Counted from the stretch's first letter, positions 1 to 8,304 are shown. The stretch: 64,000 nt of DNA from a virus (IMGVR_UViG_3300008629_000003:1-64000), one strand, 5' to 3'. The notes: generated by a model from the letters alone, not told the origin. Made by a program: numbers and translations.

Positions 1-200
1 TCGAAGAGCAAGACACCCAGGTCGATTTTGTCGGCTCGGGAGATTGGCAGATCAAGCACCTTCGTACCACCGTGCCACTCAGGAGGGACGCGACACCAGC
101 TTTCGTATGCTGGCCAGTACCCCCGGCCACGACCGGTAAGGTCTTCGATGATGCCGTCAAAGACAACTGCGAGGTCACGGGTGGGGGTCGGGTCGGTCAT
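1..200 (-). CDS. hypothetical protein, runs off the left end (MTDPTPTRDL...)
   Basis: ATG at 200 preceded by ACCAAGGAG RBS and hairpin B; frame open to position 1. Confidence 0.65.
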   Translation of the reverse strand, partial: MTDPTPTRDLAVVFDGIIEDLTGRGRGYWPAYESWCRVPPEWHGGTKVLDLPISRADKIDLGVLLF

Positions 201-258
201 TGTGTCGCTCCTTGGTTTCACCCCCAAACCCCCGACGGCCGAACCGTACGGGGGGGGG
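201..258 (-). repeat. hairpin cassette B copy 1 with ACCAAGGAG RBS
   Basis: CCCCGTACGGTTCGGCCGTCGGGG at 229-254 (minus). Confidence 0.9.
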
Positions 259-283
259 TGAGGCGCGCGGGCGCCGAGGTTGA

Positions 284-682
284 TCACTGCATGATCAAGG
301 TCTCGTTCTTCGGTGGAAACCCGATCCCCGGCGTCCGTCGCTCGACGTGCAGCTTTGTGGTGAAATCCGGTATGCCGTGTTGGGCGGGCTTGCGCTCGGC
401 GGTGATGAGCAGCGATGCTTCGTCACTCCCTTCGATGGAAACGTGATCCGTGTGCTGTCTCCACAGGGAGCCATTGAGGTAGTGCTCGTCGAAGACGTAG
501 CCTCCGCACAAGGTGGTAATAATGACGGAGCCGGGGTGCGTCCGTCTCGCGCGGTATACTTGCTCCAGATGCACGAGGATCGCCTCCTCGATGGTGGCGG
601 CGTCGAGGACGCGATCCTCGGCTCGCGGCGCTTCGGCGCGAAGGGTGGCGACTGCGGCGGCGGCTTGTTCGGCGATGGTCAT
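284..682 (-). CDS. hypothetical protein
   Basis: ATG directly after cassette A RBS CTGGAGGTTCCC. Confidence 0.8.
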   Translation of the reverse strand: MTIAEQAAAAVATLRAEAPRAEDRVLDAATIEEAILVHLEQVYRARRTHPGSVIITTLCGGYVFDEHYLNGSLWRQHTDHVSIEGSDEASLLITAERKPAQHGIPDFTTKLHVERRTPGIGFPPKNETLIMQ

Positions 683-811
683 GGGAACCTCCAGATCGGG
701 AAGGGTCATCCCCCCCCTTTCTATATACATTATAGCAGAGGGATAAGCCAGGTTCAACCGTCAATATGTAAAGAGTTTGTCAAGGGATTTCGGGCGTTTA
801 ACCTGGCTTTT
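683..811 (-). promoter_or_regulatory. promoter cassette A copy 1
   Basis: TTGACA..TTTACA..TTGAAC-17 bp-TATAAT (extended -10 TGc), G-rich/C-rich leader hairpin, GGAGG RBS. Confidence 0.9.
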
Positions 812-1148
812 CGGCGGTGGGGGCGTACAGCACTAGCAGGCCGTCGCGCGGGTCGGCGGCGTACATCACCCGAGCGCCCTGCGCCGCGGCTACCTCTTCC
901 AGGTACGGGGCTAAGAACATCAAAACTACCGCGTCGTCGCGCTGGCGGCGCTTGAGCTCCCAGCCGTCGCCAACCACCGTACCCCAGGCGCTTGAGCCGG
1001 TCTGGTCGCCGGGACACACCGCGGCTATTTGGTGGGCAACGGTCGCGGTGATTTCTCCGCTGACCTCGATCACGCGTCCACAAACGTGGACCTGCGCTCG
1101 GACTTGAATTTTGTCGGCCTTCTCAATCGCTTCTGTCAGTGTCATCAT
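798..1148 (-). CDS. hypothetical protein
   Basis: ATG after TGGAGGTTCG RBS; the stop codon lies in the cassette A inverted arm. Confidence 0.8.
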   Translation of the reverse strand: MMTLTEAIEKADKIQVRAQVHVCGRVIEVSGEITATVAHQIAAVCPGDQTGSSAWGTVVGDGWELKRRQRDDAVVLMFLAPYLEEVAAAQGARVMYAADPRDGLLVLYAPTAEKPG

Positions 1149-1213
1149 TCGAACCTCCATGAGGGTGCATCCCCCTACCCGAAAGCCCCCGTCGGCCGAA
1201 CCGTACGGGGGGG
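1149..1213 (-). repeat. hairpin cassette B copy 2
   Basis: CCCCGTACGGTTCGGCCGACGGGG, second hairpin and TGGAGGTTC RBS. Confidence 0.9.
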
Positions 1214-1233
1214 AGAAAGGGAGGACGGGTAGA

Positions 1234-1455
1234 CTATTTCGGACGCCGGCCCGCCTGCCAGCCCTTGTCCCACGCGGGGCGCGCTCGACTTCCTTCCGGG
1301 TAGGGGTTTTGGTCGCGCCCCCAGCCTTGCCGGGCGGCGTCTCGCCCCCAGCTCCAAAATAGCTGTCCCATTTCCGCGGCCTCCGCAGCGGTCATGTCGT
1401 TGTTTCTAGCAAACCGACGATCGGCGCGTGTCAGTTGGAACATTGCTTTAATCAT
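1234..1455 (-). CDS. Rmf/CrpP-fold-like small protein
   Basis: GRDAARQG..NPYPEG...AWDKGWQAG resembles the G-x2-A-x3-G...PY...W-x2-GW pattern of ribosome modulation factor-like proteins. Confidence 0.6.
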   Translation of the reverse strand: MIKAMFQLTRADRRFARNNDMTAAEAAEMGQLFWSWGRDAARQGWGRDQNPYPEGSRARPAWDKGWQAGRRPK

Positions 1456-1466
1456 GCTCCCCCCCC

Positions 1467-1892
1467 CTACCACTCGGTCCACTGTGGTTCTTCTTGCTCG
1501 GAAATGTACCGATTGGCCGCGGCCAAGGCCAACCCCCTGCTTTCGTGCGACTCATACCCGGCCTCCACCTCGTACGCCTTGACGGCGTAGGCGCTGGCGC
1601 CCGCTTCTACGTCCACGTCTGCGCACCAGCGCACGCCGTCACGGTCCACCCAAATGTCCGCGCCGCTGTCGGCGTCAAAAATGAGCACGTTGCGGCCGTA
1701 GACGAACGCCGGGCGCTCGTCGGACGCGTAGCCCATGCGGGCAAGATTGCGCCGCACAGATGGGCGCTCCCAGAGCGGCAAACTAAGCGGGTCCACGGCG
1801 TTGTAGCCGGGGATCTTCACCCCGTTGACCACGCCGCGCGCAACCCACTCGCGTCCGCTTTTCCCCACCATCCTCGGGTTTTTGAATTTCAT
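1467..1892 (-). CDS. hypothetical protein
   Basis: ATG after cassette A copy 2 RBS. Confidence 0.8.
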   Translation of the reverse strand: MKFKNPRMVGKSGREWVARGVVNGVKIPGYNAVDPLSLPLWERPSVRRNLARMGYASDERPAFVYGRNVLIFDADSGADIWVDRDGVRWCADVDVEAGASAYAVKAYEVEAGYESHESRGLALAAANRYISEQEEPQWTEW

Positions 1893-1998
1893 TGGAACCT
1901 CCAGGCCGGGAGGGTCATCCCCCCGGGTCTGTACACAGTATAGCACACCCAAAACCCAGGTTCTAAGGTATAAATGTAAAGAAAACGTCAAGGGATTT
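1893..1998 (-). promoter_or_regulatory. promoter cassette A copy 2
   Basis: TTGACG..TTTACA..TAGAAC-17 bp-TATACT, leader hairpin, CTGGAGGTTCCA. Confidence 0.85.
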
Positions 1999-2004
1999 TA
2001 GGGG

Positions 2005-2058
2005 TTTGCGGGCCGGTTTCGGTGTGCTATGGTGGTTGGCGTAACTCGGAGGTTCAAG
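2005..2058 (+). promoter_or_regulatory. divergent promoter and RBS of the rightward operon
   Basis: TTTGCG-17 bp-TATGGT with a cassette-A-like spacer ending GGTGTGC; RBS GGAGGTTCAA. Confidence 0.55.
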
Positions 2059-3045
2059 GTGCTAACTACATTAAATCTAGGACTCGGGCGCGACTCCATG
2101 GCGATGCTGCTCCTGCTCATTGAGAAGGAGCTGATCGTGGACTGCGAAGCCATCGGCCCCGAGGCCGTGGACGCGATTATCTTTTCGGACACCGGCGCAG
2201 AATGGCCGCACACCTACGGCCTGATCCCCCGCGTGCGAAAGCTGTGCGCTCGCCACGGCCTACGCTTCTTGTGGCTGCGCAAGCCCCGCAAGACCGGACC
2301 CCTCGGGTGGGCTCGCAACCGCCGCGCGAAAGGCTCCCGAGAGACCCCGGCGTGGGTGATTGGCGGAAGCATCGAGGCCAAGGCCCGAAACGGCAGCTAC
2401 CACCTTCGCCTCCCGATTTTGGACGAATACGAGCGCTTCGAAAAGCTCGCGATTCGGAACAACTCTTCATGTACATCGAACCACAAGGTTGGCCCGATTC
2501 GTCGGGCGATGAATGACCTCAGCCTGGAGAAATACGGGATCAACAATCGCCAATGGTCGCACCGCATCAAGACCCAGGGATACCCTCAGCATCGGGTGTT
2601 GATTGGCATCGCCGCCGACGAGGCCGCGCGAGCTATCGACACCGGCCGACCGGCGTATGAGCGTCCCGTGTACCCCTTGGTCACTATGGGTATCGACAAA
2701 GCAGGCGAGGCCGCGATCCTCGCGCGACACGGGTTCGCACATGTCCAAAAATCCGGGTGCTACATGTGCCCTTTTCAAGGCGCTGGATGGTACTGGGTGC
2801 TTCGCGACCATCACCCCAAGCTTTGGGATCGCGTCGTGGCCTACGAGCGCACGGCGCTGGCCAAAAATCCTAAAATGAACGTCGTGGGCAAGACCCCGCT
2901 CCCCCAAGCGGTGGCGGCGTGGCGGCAGCGCAACCCCCACGCGACCGCCGAGGCCGTGATCAACAAGAGCTATTCCCGGTGCCGGTCTATTGCCCCACCT
3001 GACCCCAACCAACTGGCCATGTTTGCCGATGCCGGCGCCGAGTGA
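2059..3045 (+). CDS. PAPS reductase-family (PP-loop) protein
   Basis: LGLGRDS PP-loop, FSDTGAE, SSCT, YPLV, KSGCYMCPF motifs; GTG start after GGAGG. Confidence 0.8.
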   Translation: MLTTLNLGLGRDSMAMLLLLIEKELIVDCEAIGPEAVDAIIFSDTGAEWPHTYGLIPRVRKLCARHGLRFLWLRKPRKTGPLGWARNRRAKGSRETPAWVIGGSIEAKARNGSYHLRLPILDEYERFEKLAIRNNSSCTSNHKVGPIRRAMNDLSLEKYGINNRQWSHRIKTQGYPQHRVLIGIAADEAARAIDTGRPAYERPVYPLVTMGIDKAGEAAILARHGFAHVQKSGCYMCPFQGAGWYWVLRDHHPKLWDRVVAYERTALAKNPKMNVVGKTPLPQAVAAWRQRNPHATAEAVINKSYSRCRSIAPPDPNQLAMFADAGAE

Positions 3046-3054
3046 TTGTCCACC

Positions 3055-3116
3055 TTGCAGGGCCTTGCGGCCTCTGCTATACTGTACCCGCGGCCGGCGC
3101 GCCGCTTGGAGGTTCC
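3055..3116 (+). promoter_or_regulatory. sigma70-type promoter and RBS
   Basis: TTGCAG-17 bp-TATACT with TGc extension; TTGGAGGTTCC RBS. Confidence 0.6.
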
Positions 3117-3626
3117 ATGTTGCTTATTCGAAACTCACGCGAACGATATTTGTACCTTGAAGGCGTGCGGAGCTCGGGAGCTCCCGGGCACATCATGACT
3201 CAAGCCGAAGCCGAGGCCGACGACGCTCTCAAAGCGTGGCAAGAGTCGTCGTCCGAGGACAAGAAGAAAATCACGAAGGCTTTCGGGCCTGCCCCTCTGG
3301 CTAACCCCGCCTGGGGCATCGTTAACGCCCACCCGCGCGACGCGCTGGCGGTCTATGGAGCGCGAGCCATTGACCACGGTTCCGTTTTCGACATTCTGTG
3401 GGACCGCGCGGAATACCTAGCCCGCTCCCATTGCCGGCAAGCGTTTGGCCGGTGGCTGAATGCCGTCGGCGCCAAGCTCCTGCGCGACGCCTACGCGGAA
3501 AAATTGCCGCAAGGCCCGTACGCTGAGGAAATCTTGCGGGTCTCGACCGACGAGGGACTTGTCGTGGGCCTTGCGCGGCCGTGTGGGGGCTACGTCCATT
3601 TGGTCGTTTGGCTTGAGCCCGCGTGA
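3117..3626 (+). CDS. hypothetical protein
   Basis: ATG after RBS; ORF track. Confidence 0.75.
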   Translation: MLLIRNSRERYLYLEGVRSSGAPGHIMTQAEAEADDALKAWQESSSEDKKKITKAFGPAPLANPAWGIVNAHPRDALAVYGARAIDHGSVFDILWDRAEYLARSHCRQAFGRWLNAVGAKLLRDAYAEKLPQGPYAEEILRVSTDEGLVVGLARPCGGYVHLVVWLEPA

Positions 3627-3670
3627 TCCCTTCCTCCCTAGTCGCCACACCCTTACCACTGAGGTTCCAA

Positions 3671-3865
3671 ATGACCTATGAAGTACGATTCCAGACCGAG
3701 CGCGGACAGGACGCGCTGATTGTCCACGCCTTTACCGAGCTGGAGGCCGTGGCCATTGTCGAGCGGCATCTTCGCCTCCGCGGCGACAAGGCCACATGCC
3801 CGATGAAGGTGCAGCGCTGCACCGTCGCAGGGCGGCGCCTTTCCGGTATCGCGAAGAGCCAGTAG
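3671..3865 (+). CDS. hypothetical protein
   Basis: ATG after GAGGTTCCAA. Confidence 0.7.
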   Translation: MTYEVRFQTERGQDALIVHAFTELEAVAIVERHLRLRGDKATCPMKVQRCTVAGRRLSGIAKSQ

Positions 3866-3874
3866 CTACCCCCT

Positions 3875-3904
3875 CCCCGCACGGTGCGCCCTGCGGGGTT
3901 TTTT
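3875..3904 (+). terminator. intrinsic terminator; divergent hairpin B (copy 3)
   Basis: CCCCGC-ACGGTGCGCCCT-GCGGGG followed by T6, just before promoter A copy 3. Confidence 0.75.
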
Positions 3905-3926
3905 GTGTTTCTGGGTCCGGGCACGT

Positions 3927-4027
3927 CCTGACAAACTCTTTACATTGTTACGGTTGAACCTGGGTTTTGGGTCTGCTATATTGTATACAGATGGGGGGGG
4001 ATGAACCTCCTCAATCTGGAGGTTCAA
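3927..4027 (+). promoter_or_regulatory. promoter cassette A copy 3
   Basis: TTGAAC-17 bp-TATATT, leader hairpin, CTGGAGGTTCAAATG. Confidence 0.9.
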
Positions 4028-4390
4028 ATGAACAACTTGGAAACACTCCTCGCGCACATGGCGCGCGTGCGGCCGGACCAACGAATTGCCTGTTTTGCCA
4101 CGACCGCCCAGGCGTTCGACGCCTGCCAGGCGGGTTCGCTTGAGGACGGCGACATTATCGTCGTCGAAGCGGAAGAGGTGATCGGCGTCGCCTGGACCTG
4201 GCCCATCGCCGCAACGGCGGAAGCGGGAGGGCTGCACACCGCGTCCGACCACCCCAAGCGATATGTGCAGTTCGTCACGCTGTACCGTGAATCGGAGGAA
4301 AAGCTGAAGCGTCTTAGTAGCGCTGCCGACGCGGCGGGGGCCATGGCAGTGGTGATGAATTGGACGCCTGCGAAGTGGTGGGGAACATGA
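4028..4390 (+). CDS. hypothetical protein, paralog of 4746-5159
   Basis: IIVVEAEEVIGVAWTWPIA motif shared with 4746-5159. Confidence 0.85.
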   Translation: MNNLETLLAHMARVRPDQRIACFATTAQAFDACQAGSLEDGDIIVVEAEEVIGVAWTWPIAATAEAGGLHTASDHPKRYVQFVTLYRESEEKLKRLSSAADAAGAMAVVMNWTPAKWWGT

Positions 4391-4404
4391 GTCCGCTGGA
4401 CCTG

Positions 4405-4501
4405 CTGACAAACTCTTTACATTGTTACGGTTGAACCTGGGTTTTGGGTCTGCTATATTGTATACAGATGGGGGATGACCTTTCCCGATCTGGAGGCACT
4501 T
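4405..4501 (+). promoter_or_regulatory. promoter cassette A copy 4
   Basis: near-identical to copy 3 through the -10 box. Confidence 0.9.
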
Positions 4502-4735
4502 ATGAACCAGATACACAGAATCATTGGCAAGGCTCACGTCGAAGGCACGCAAAGGGGATTTGTCGTGTGGGTCGAGACGAACAAGCGCAAGAAAGCGCAA
4601 CTGACCGACGCGACCGAGGACTTCGCAGCCGCGCAAGCGACTGCAAACTCGATCGACCTTGGCCGGTGGGTCGGACGCCGCAAAGGCGCGACCATTCACA
4701 TTCGCGGGCGGGCTTTGACCGTCGAAAAATTCTAA
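4502..4735 (+). CDS. hypothetical protein
   Basis: ATG after CTGGAGG RBS. Confidence 0.75.
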   Translation: MNQIHRIIGKAHVEGTQRGFVVWVETNKRKKAQLTDATEDFAAAQATANSIDLGRWVGRRKGATIHIRGRALTVEKF

Positions 4736-4745
4736 GGAGGTTCAC

Positions 4746-5159
4746 ATGTCACAGCACGAAGAAATCGAGCGCCAGGAAGAAATCGAGCGCCAGGAGTTTC
4801 TCGCCCTTTTGGCGGCTATCCGCGCGGCACGACCGGAGGTCATCGTGGAGGCCGAAACGACGGCGTCGGCTTATGCGCGGTGTATGACTGGCGAGATCGA
4901 CGACGCCACGATCATCGTGGTGGAGAGCGAAAAGGTAGTCGGGGTCGCGTGGGCGTGGCCATTTGCGATGACCAAAAACTCGGGGGAGCTTCACTCCCTC
5001 CACCACCACCCAAAAGACTGGGTCGATACTGACGCCCATCCGTACGCGTTCGCCGCCGAAGGAGCCGTCCGCCTGTCCACCTCGGCTAATGTCGCGACCT
5101 GCGTGGCCATCGGTCTTGGGTGGGACTTGGCCGACTGCGCGCTGTCCGGGCTCCGATGA
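4746..5159 (+). CDS. hypothetical protein, paralog of 4028-4390
   Basis: AAGGAGGTTC RBS; IIVVESEKVVGVAWAWPFA; 18-bp tandem duplication (EEIERQ x2) at 4758-4793. Confidence 0.85.
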   Translation: MSQHEEIERQEEIERQEFLALLAAIRAARPEVIVEAETTASAYARCMTGEIDDATIIVVESEKVVGVAWAWPFAMTKNSGELHSLHHHPKDWVDTDAHPYAFAAEGAVRLSTSANVATCVAIGLGWDLADCALSGLR

Positions 5160-5713
5160 GTCCGCTGGACCTGTTTGCGCCCGACCGGCATCTGTGCAGG
5201 CTCGCGCGGGAGGCGTTGCGGGATGACCCCTTCTTCTTGGGTGACAGCTTTGTGGTCTTGGACCTCATGGGCGCAGCGGTCTACCCGCCCCGCACAATTT
5301 TGACCGAGTGGGCAGCGAAGCCATCGCCACCCTACCCCCTTGGAAGCGGTGGATGGTTGCAGACCGAGCGCGGCACCATCGCCATCGTTCACGTACAGAG
5401 CATCGAGCGCGCCGGGGATACGGAGTGCAAGTTAGTCGGGGAGGTGTTGGCGTTCAACGGATCGCGCTTGCGGCGGTGCGTCGAGGTCTGGAAAGAGCTG
5501 GCAAATAATCGGACGGCATCACAGCACTTAACGGGAATTCGGTGGGTCGCGCGGTTTTCGGATTGTATCCGCGGGCATTCGAGCATCGGCCTGTCCGTTC
5601 CGTACGACCGGCTCAGCGCGGTGGCCGGGTGGCAAGCGCCCATCGCTTTCCGCGCGCCGTTGGAGCTCTGCGAGTGGACCGAGCCGAACCACGGGGAGAA
5701 CCGAGGCCCGTAA
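5156..5713 (+). CDS. hypothetical protein
   Basis: ATGA overlap with the upstream stop. Confidence 0.75.
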   Translation: MSPLDLFAPDRHLCRLAREALRDDPFFLGDSFVVLDLMGAAVYPPRTILTEWAAKPSPPYPLGSGGWLQTERGTIAIVHVQSIERAGDTECKLVGEVLAFNGSRLRRCVEVWKELANNRTASQHLTGIRWVARFSDCIRGHSSIGLSVPYDRLSAVAGWQAPIAFRAPLELCEWTEPNHGENRGP

Positions 5714-5816
5714 TCCCTTGACAAACTCTTTACATTGTTACGGTTGAACCTGGGTTTTGGGTATGCTATATTATATACAGATGGGGGGGATGAACCTCCC
5801 CGGTCTGGAGGTTCAA
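5712..5816 (+). promoter_or_regulatory. promoter cassette A copy 5
   Basis: TCCCTTGACA..TTGAAC-17 bp-TATATT..CTGGAGGTTCAA. Confidence 0.9.
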
Positions 5817-6212
5817 ATGGAGTTTGGAAAGCTGGCAGGGATGGAGGGACCGTTCAAGTACCCCCAAGGCGTGTTGTACTACGACCCCGCGGAGGGGAGC
5901 TATTACGACCGACGCCGCGACTTGTACGTGGAGCTGGAGCCTACCCAAGACCCGCCCAAAGAGAACTACTGGGCACGTTTGGAAATGAACGATTTCAGCG
6001 AGTTTTACGACGAAGGCCCCGGGCGTTGCGCTCGCATTTTTGAGAGTCGCGCCGTTGGGACGCGTGGACAAAAGCTGGTGATTTTCGGACGCAAGCTCCG
6101 AACGACGCGGGGCTTCGGCTTCGTCAAGGCAGAGGAAAAACCGTCGAAGCGCTACGCCGACGACGAAGCCGCGCACCGCGCGGCCGTGGCCTGGGTCTAC
6201 CGCGCCCAGTAG
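5817..6212 (+). CDS. hypothetical protein
   Basis: ATG after RBS; LYYDPAEGSYYD N-terminal motif. Confidence 0.8.
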   Translation: MEFGKLAGMEGPFKYPQGVLYYDPAEGSYYDRRRDLYVELEPTQDPPKENYWARLEMNDFSEFYDEGPGRCARIFESRAVGTRGQKLVIFGRKLRTTRGFGFVKAEEKPSKRYADDEAAHRAAVAWVYRAQ

Positions 6213-6293
6213 CGCGCGCCGCGCATAGCTCGCCCCGTACGGTTCGGCCGTCGGGGCTTTCGGGGTAGGGGAATCGACCCCCTGGAGGTTCAA
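6210..6293 (+). repeat. hairpin cassette B copy 4
   Basis: near-identical to 8556-8639; identical to 6581-6641 over 61 bp. Confidence 0.9.
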
Positions 6294-6554
6294 ATGAAAA
6301 GCTCAATGTGTCCGGTCTTCGCAGGGAAAGTCAGATGGTTGATCGTTCAGTGCGAAACCCCCCACATGTTCGACGGCGGGTGCGGTGTCGCCTGCTATGT
6401 CTGGGCGACTGGCCCTGGGGTCACGGCCTCGGGGAACAAATCGCGGCGCACTTTTAAAAAGGTTTTTGGGAGTCAAAGTCTCGACGTGTCGAAGTTTCGC
6501 CGGCTTGTAAAAATGCTCGACGGATACGTCGATCACTACGTCAACTACGACTGA
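6294..6554 (+). CDS. hypothetical protein
   Basis: ATG after CTGGAGGTTCAA. Confidence 0.75.
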   Translation: MKSSMCPVFAGKVRWLIVQCETPHMFDGGCGVACYVWATGPGVTASGNKSRRTFKKVFGSQSLDVSKFRRLVKMLDGYVDHYVNYD

Positions 6555-6580
6555 GGCGCTGCCCCCCCCCGGGCGCTCCA

Positions 6581-6641
6581 CCCCGTACGGTTCGGCCGTC
6601 GGGGCTTTCGGGGTAGGGGAATCGACCCCCTGGAGGTTCAA
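6581..6641 (+). repeat. hairpin cassette B copy 5
   Basis: CCCCGTACGGTTCGGCCGTCGGGGCTTTCGGGGTAGGGGAATCGACCCCCTGGAGGTTCAA. Confidence 0.9.
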
Positions 6642-7127
6642 ATGAAATTCGATGTATTGCACTTGTGCGCTGGTTTCAGCGTCATCAACGCCACCTATGG
6701 TCCCGAGACCATTTCGAACCAGCTAAAATATGCAGGAGTCGAGCTTTCGCCGGGTGACATACGCTGGGAGCTAGAACAGCGCGCACGGCCGCGGTCGGCG
6801 TTTGGGCCACCGCCCGCGATCGTTCGGAACTCTTTCGATTTCATCGTGCGCCATCCATCGCACAAAAAGGCCCGAGCTGGAATCGACGCGGTCTACGACG
6901 TGACGGATACCTTGCCGCGGATTTCCGTGGTGACGCCCAGCGGATACGAGATAGAGCAGATTCGGCCCCGAGCTTGGGCGGTGTGCGTCGGCCATCTCCG
7001 TGCGCGTTGGATGCGCGGCAACTTCGCCACGCCGCGGGCAAGCACGATCAAACGCTGGTGTCTCACCAACCCCACGGTCATCAAGAGACTGTCCAGCGTG
7101 AACCAGGAGGCATCATGGTACAACTAA
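6642..7127 (+). CDS. hypothetical protein
   Basis: ATG after RBS. Confidence 0.8.
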   Translation: MKFDVLHLCAGFSVINATYGPETISNQLKYAGVELSPGDIRWELEQRARPRSAFGPPPAIVRNSFDFIVRHPSHKKARAGIDAVYDVTDTLPRISVVTPSGYEIEQIRPRAWAVCVGHLRARWMRGNFATPRASTIKRWCLTNPTVIKRLSSVNQEASWYN

Positions 7128-7474
7128 GCATGTGGGCGGGCCGCTCCCCGGCGCCCTGGCCCAGCGAGAGAGGAGGGCAAACGATCGACCAACGCTTTGC
7201 TGCTTTCCACTATCAAAACCCCCAAGTGTTTCGACTTTTCGAACGGTACACTTTGGACCTCATAGCGGCAGGCGCCGAGCGCGGTGGAGCCAAGAGCGTC
7301 ATCGAGCGCATTCGGTGGGACGTGGCCGTCTCGACCTGGGGAGAAAAATGGAAGGTAAACAACGACTACACGGCATGTTACGCGCGACTTTTCCATATGA
7401 CCTACCCCGAGTATGCCGGATTTTTCCGCCTACGCAAGCGACCAAGCACAGCCGAGCCAGAGCGCGTCCGATGA
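7115..7474 (+). CDS. conserved phage protein of unknown function
   Basis: AGGAGG RBS; FHxxNP...ERIRW...KVNNDY...YARLF...FFRLR pattern recalled from other phage proteins. Confidence 0.75.
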   Translation: MVQLSMWAGRSPAPWPSERGGQTIDQRFAAFHYQNPQVFRLFERYTLDLIAAGAERGGAKSVIERIRWDVAVSTWGEKWKVNNDYTACYARLFHMTYPEYAGFFRLRKRPSTAEPERVR

Positions 7475-7749
7475 CTCCACCAACCGTAAAGAAATTGGCG
7501 GAAAGACTTGCCACGCGGGAATTTATGGAGGTCATGGCGCTGGTGAAGGACCGCGTCGATTGCGTGGAGCGCGAACTAGCAGTCATCCGAAGCGCTCTCC
7601 ACCAAAAAACCGCCGATTTGGTAGAAGCACTCCTCGAAATTCAAGAGCTGAAGACGGAGCGTATGCTTCAGGGCCAGCAAATCCGCGATTTAGAGGCGAC
7701 CCTCCAGGCTCGCGACGCAATGATCTCGGAGCTTTTCGATGCTGCTTAG
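7471..7749 (+). CDS. coiled-coil hypothetical protein
   Basis: ATGA overlap; heptad-like composition. Confidence 0.7.
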   Translation: MTPPTVKKLAERLATREFMEVMALVKDRVDCVERELAVIRSALHQKTADLVEALLEIQELKTERMLQGQQIRDLEATLQARDAMISELFDAA

Positions 7750-7981
7750 AGACTCGATCCTACGAGTACAGGACCACCAGCTCGTCTACGATCCAACGCT
7801 TCGCACTATGATCACCATTCGCACCGCCGCCAGCCGACACGGGGTCGACGTGTGCTTCCAGCGTGCGAAGCGCCGCGTAGAGCTCCACGGCACCAGCGCA
7901 GCGGTGGAAGCCGTCTCCCGCGCTCTTGTTAGGCTGTGCATCGTGACGCGAAAACCCAGGAATAACCCCGGTTTTCCTTGA
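7739..7981 (+). CDS. hypothetical protein
   Basis: overlapping start; stop codon falls in the TTGACA of cassette A copy 6. Confidence 0.6.
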   Translation: MLLRDSILRVQDHQLVYDPTLRTMITIRTAASRHGVDVCFQRAKRRVELHGTSAAVEAVSRALVRLCIVTRKPRNNPGFP

Positions 7982-8076
7982 CAAACTCTTTACATTGTTG
8001 CGGTTGAACCTGGGTTTTGGGTGTGCTATATTATATACAGATGGGGGGGGATGAACCCTCCCAGTCTGGAGGCCCG
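7951..8076 (+). promoter_or_regulatory. promoter cassette A copy 6
   Basis: TTGAAC-17 bp-TATATT; upstream inverted arm AAAACCCAGG. Confidence 0.9.
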
Positions 8077-8304
8077 ATGTCTGTTCTTCCCGCGTCCCTT
8101 GCAAAGCTCGTTGACCGTCCCCTCGCTTTCTTTCAAGAGTGTGATCGCCTTGGCGCCATCCCGATGACGCGCGAGGAGCGCGCACGCTGGAAGACGCTGC
8201 GCGCCGCCGCTCGGACGGTTGGCCTGGCTGGCGCGGAGCGCGCCGAGTTTATACTTCTGAACAGCCGCCGATGCCGTAAAGTCGTTGCTTACGACAAGGG
8301 CTAA
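8077..8304 (+). CDS. hypothetical protein
   Basis: ATG after CTGGAGG. Confidence 0.7.
   Translation: MSVLPASLAKLVDRPLAFFQECDRLGAIPMTREERARWKTLRAAARTVGLAGAERAEFILLNSRRCRKVVAYDKG

Noticed and set aside
4001-4027. N-terminal MNL..LEVQM-type peptides shared by many early ORFs
   Set aside because: These are translations of the repeated leader and RBS; the true starts are the ATGs after GGAGG
6257-6283. GTAG plus hairpin as a REP element
   Set aside because: The stem is very short, always directly precedes an RBS, and there are no paired REP/BIME structures or RAYT gene
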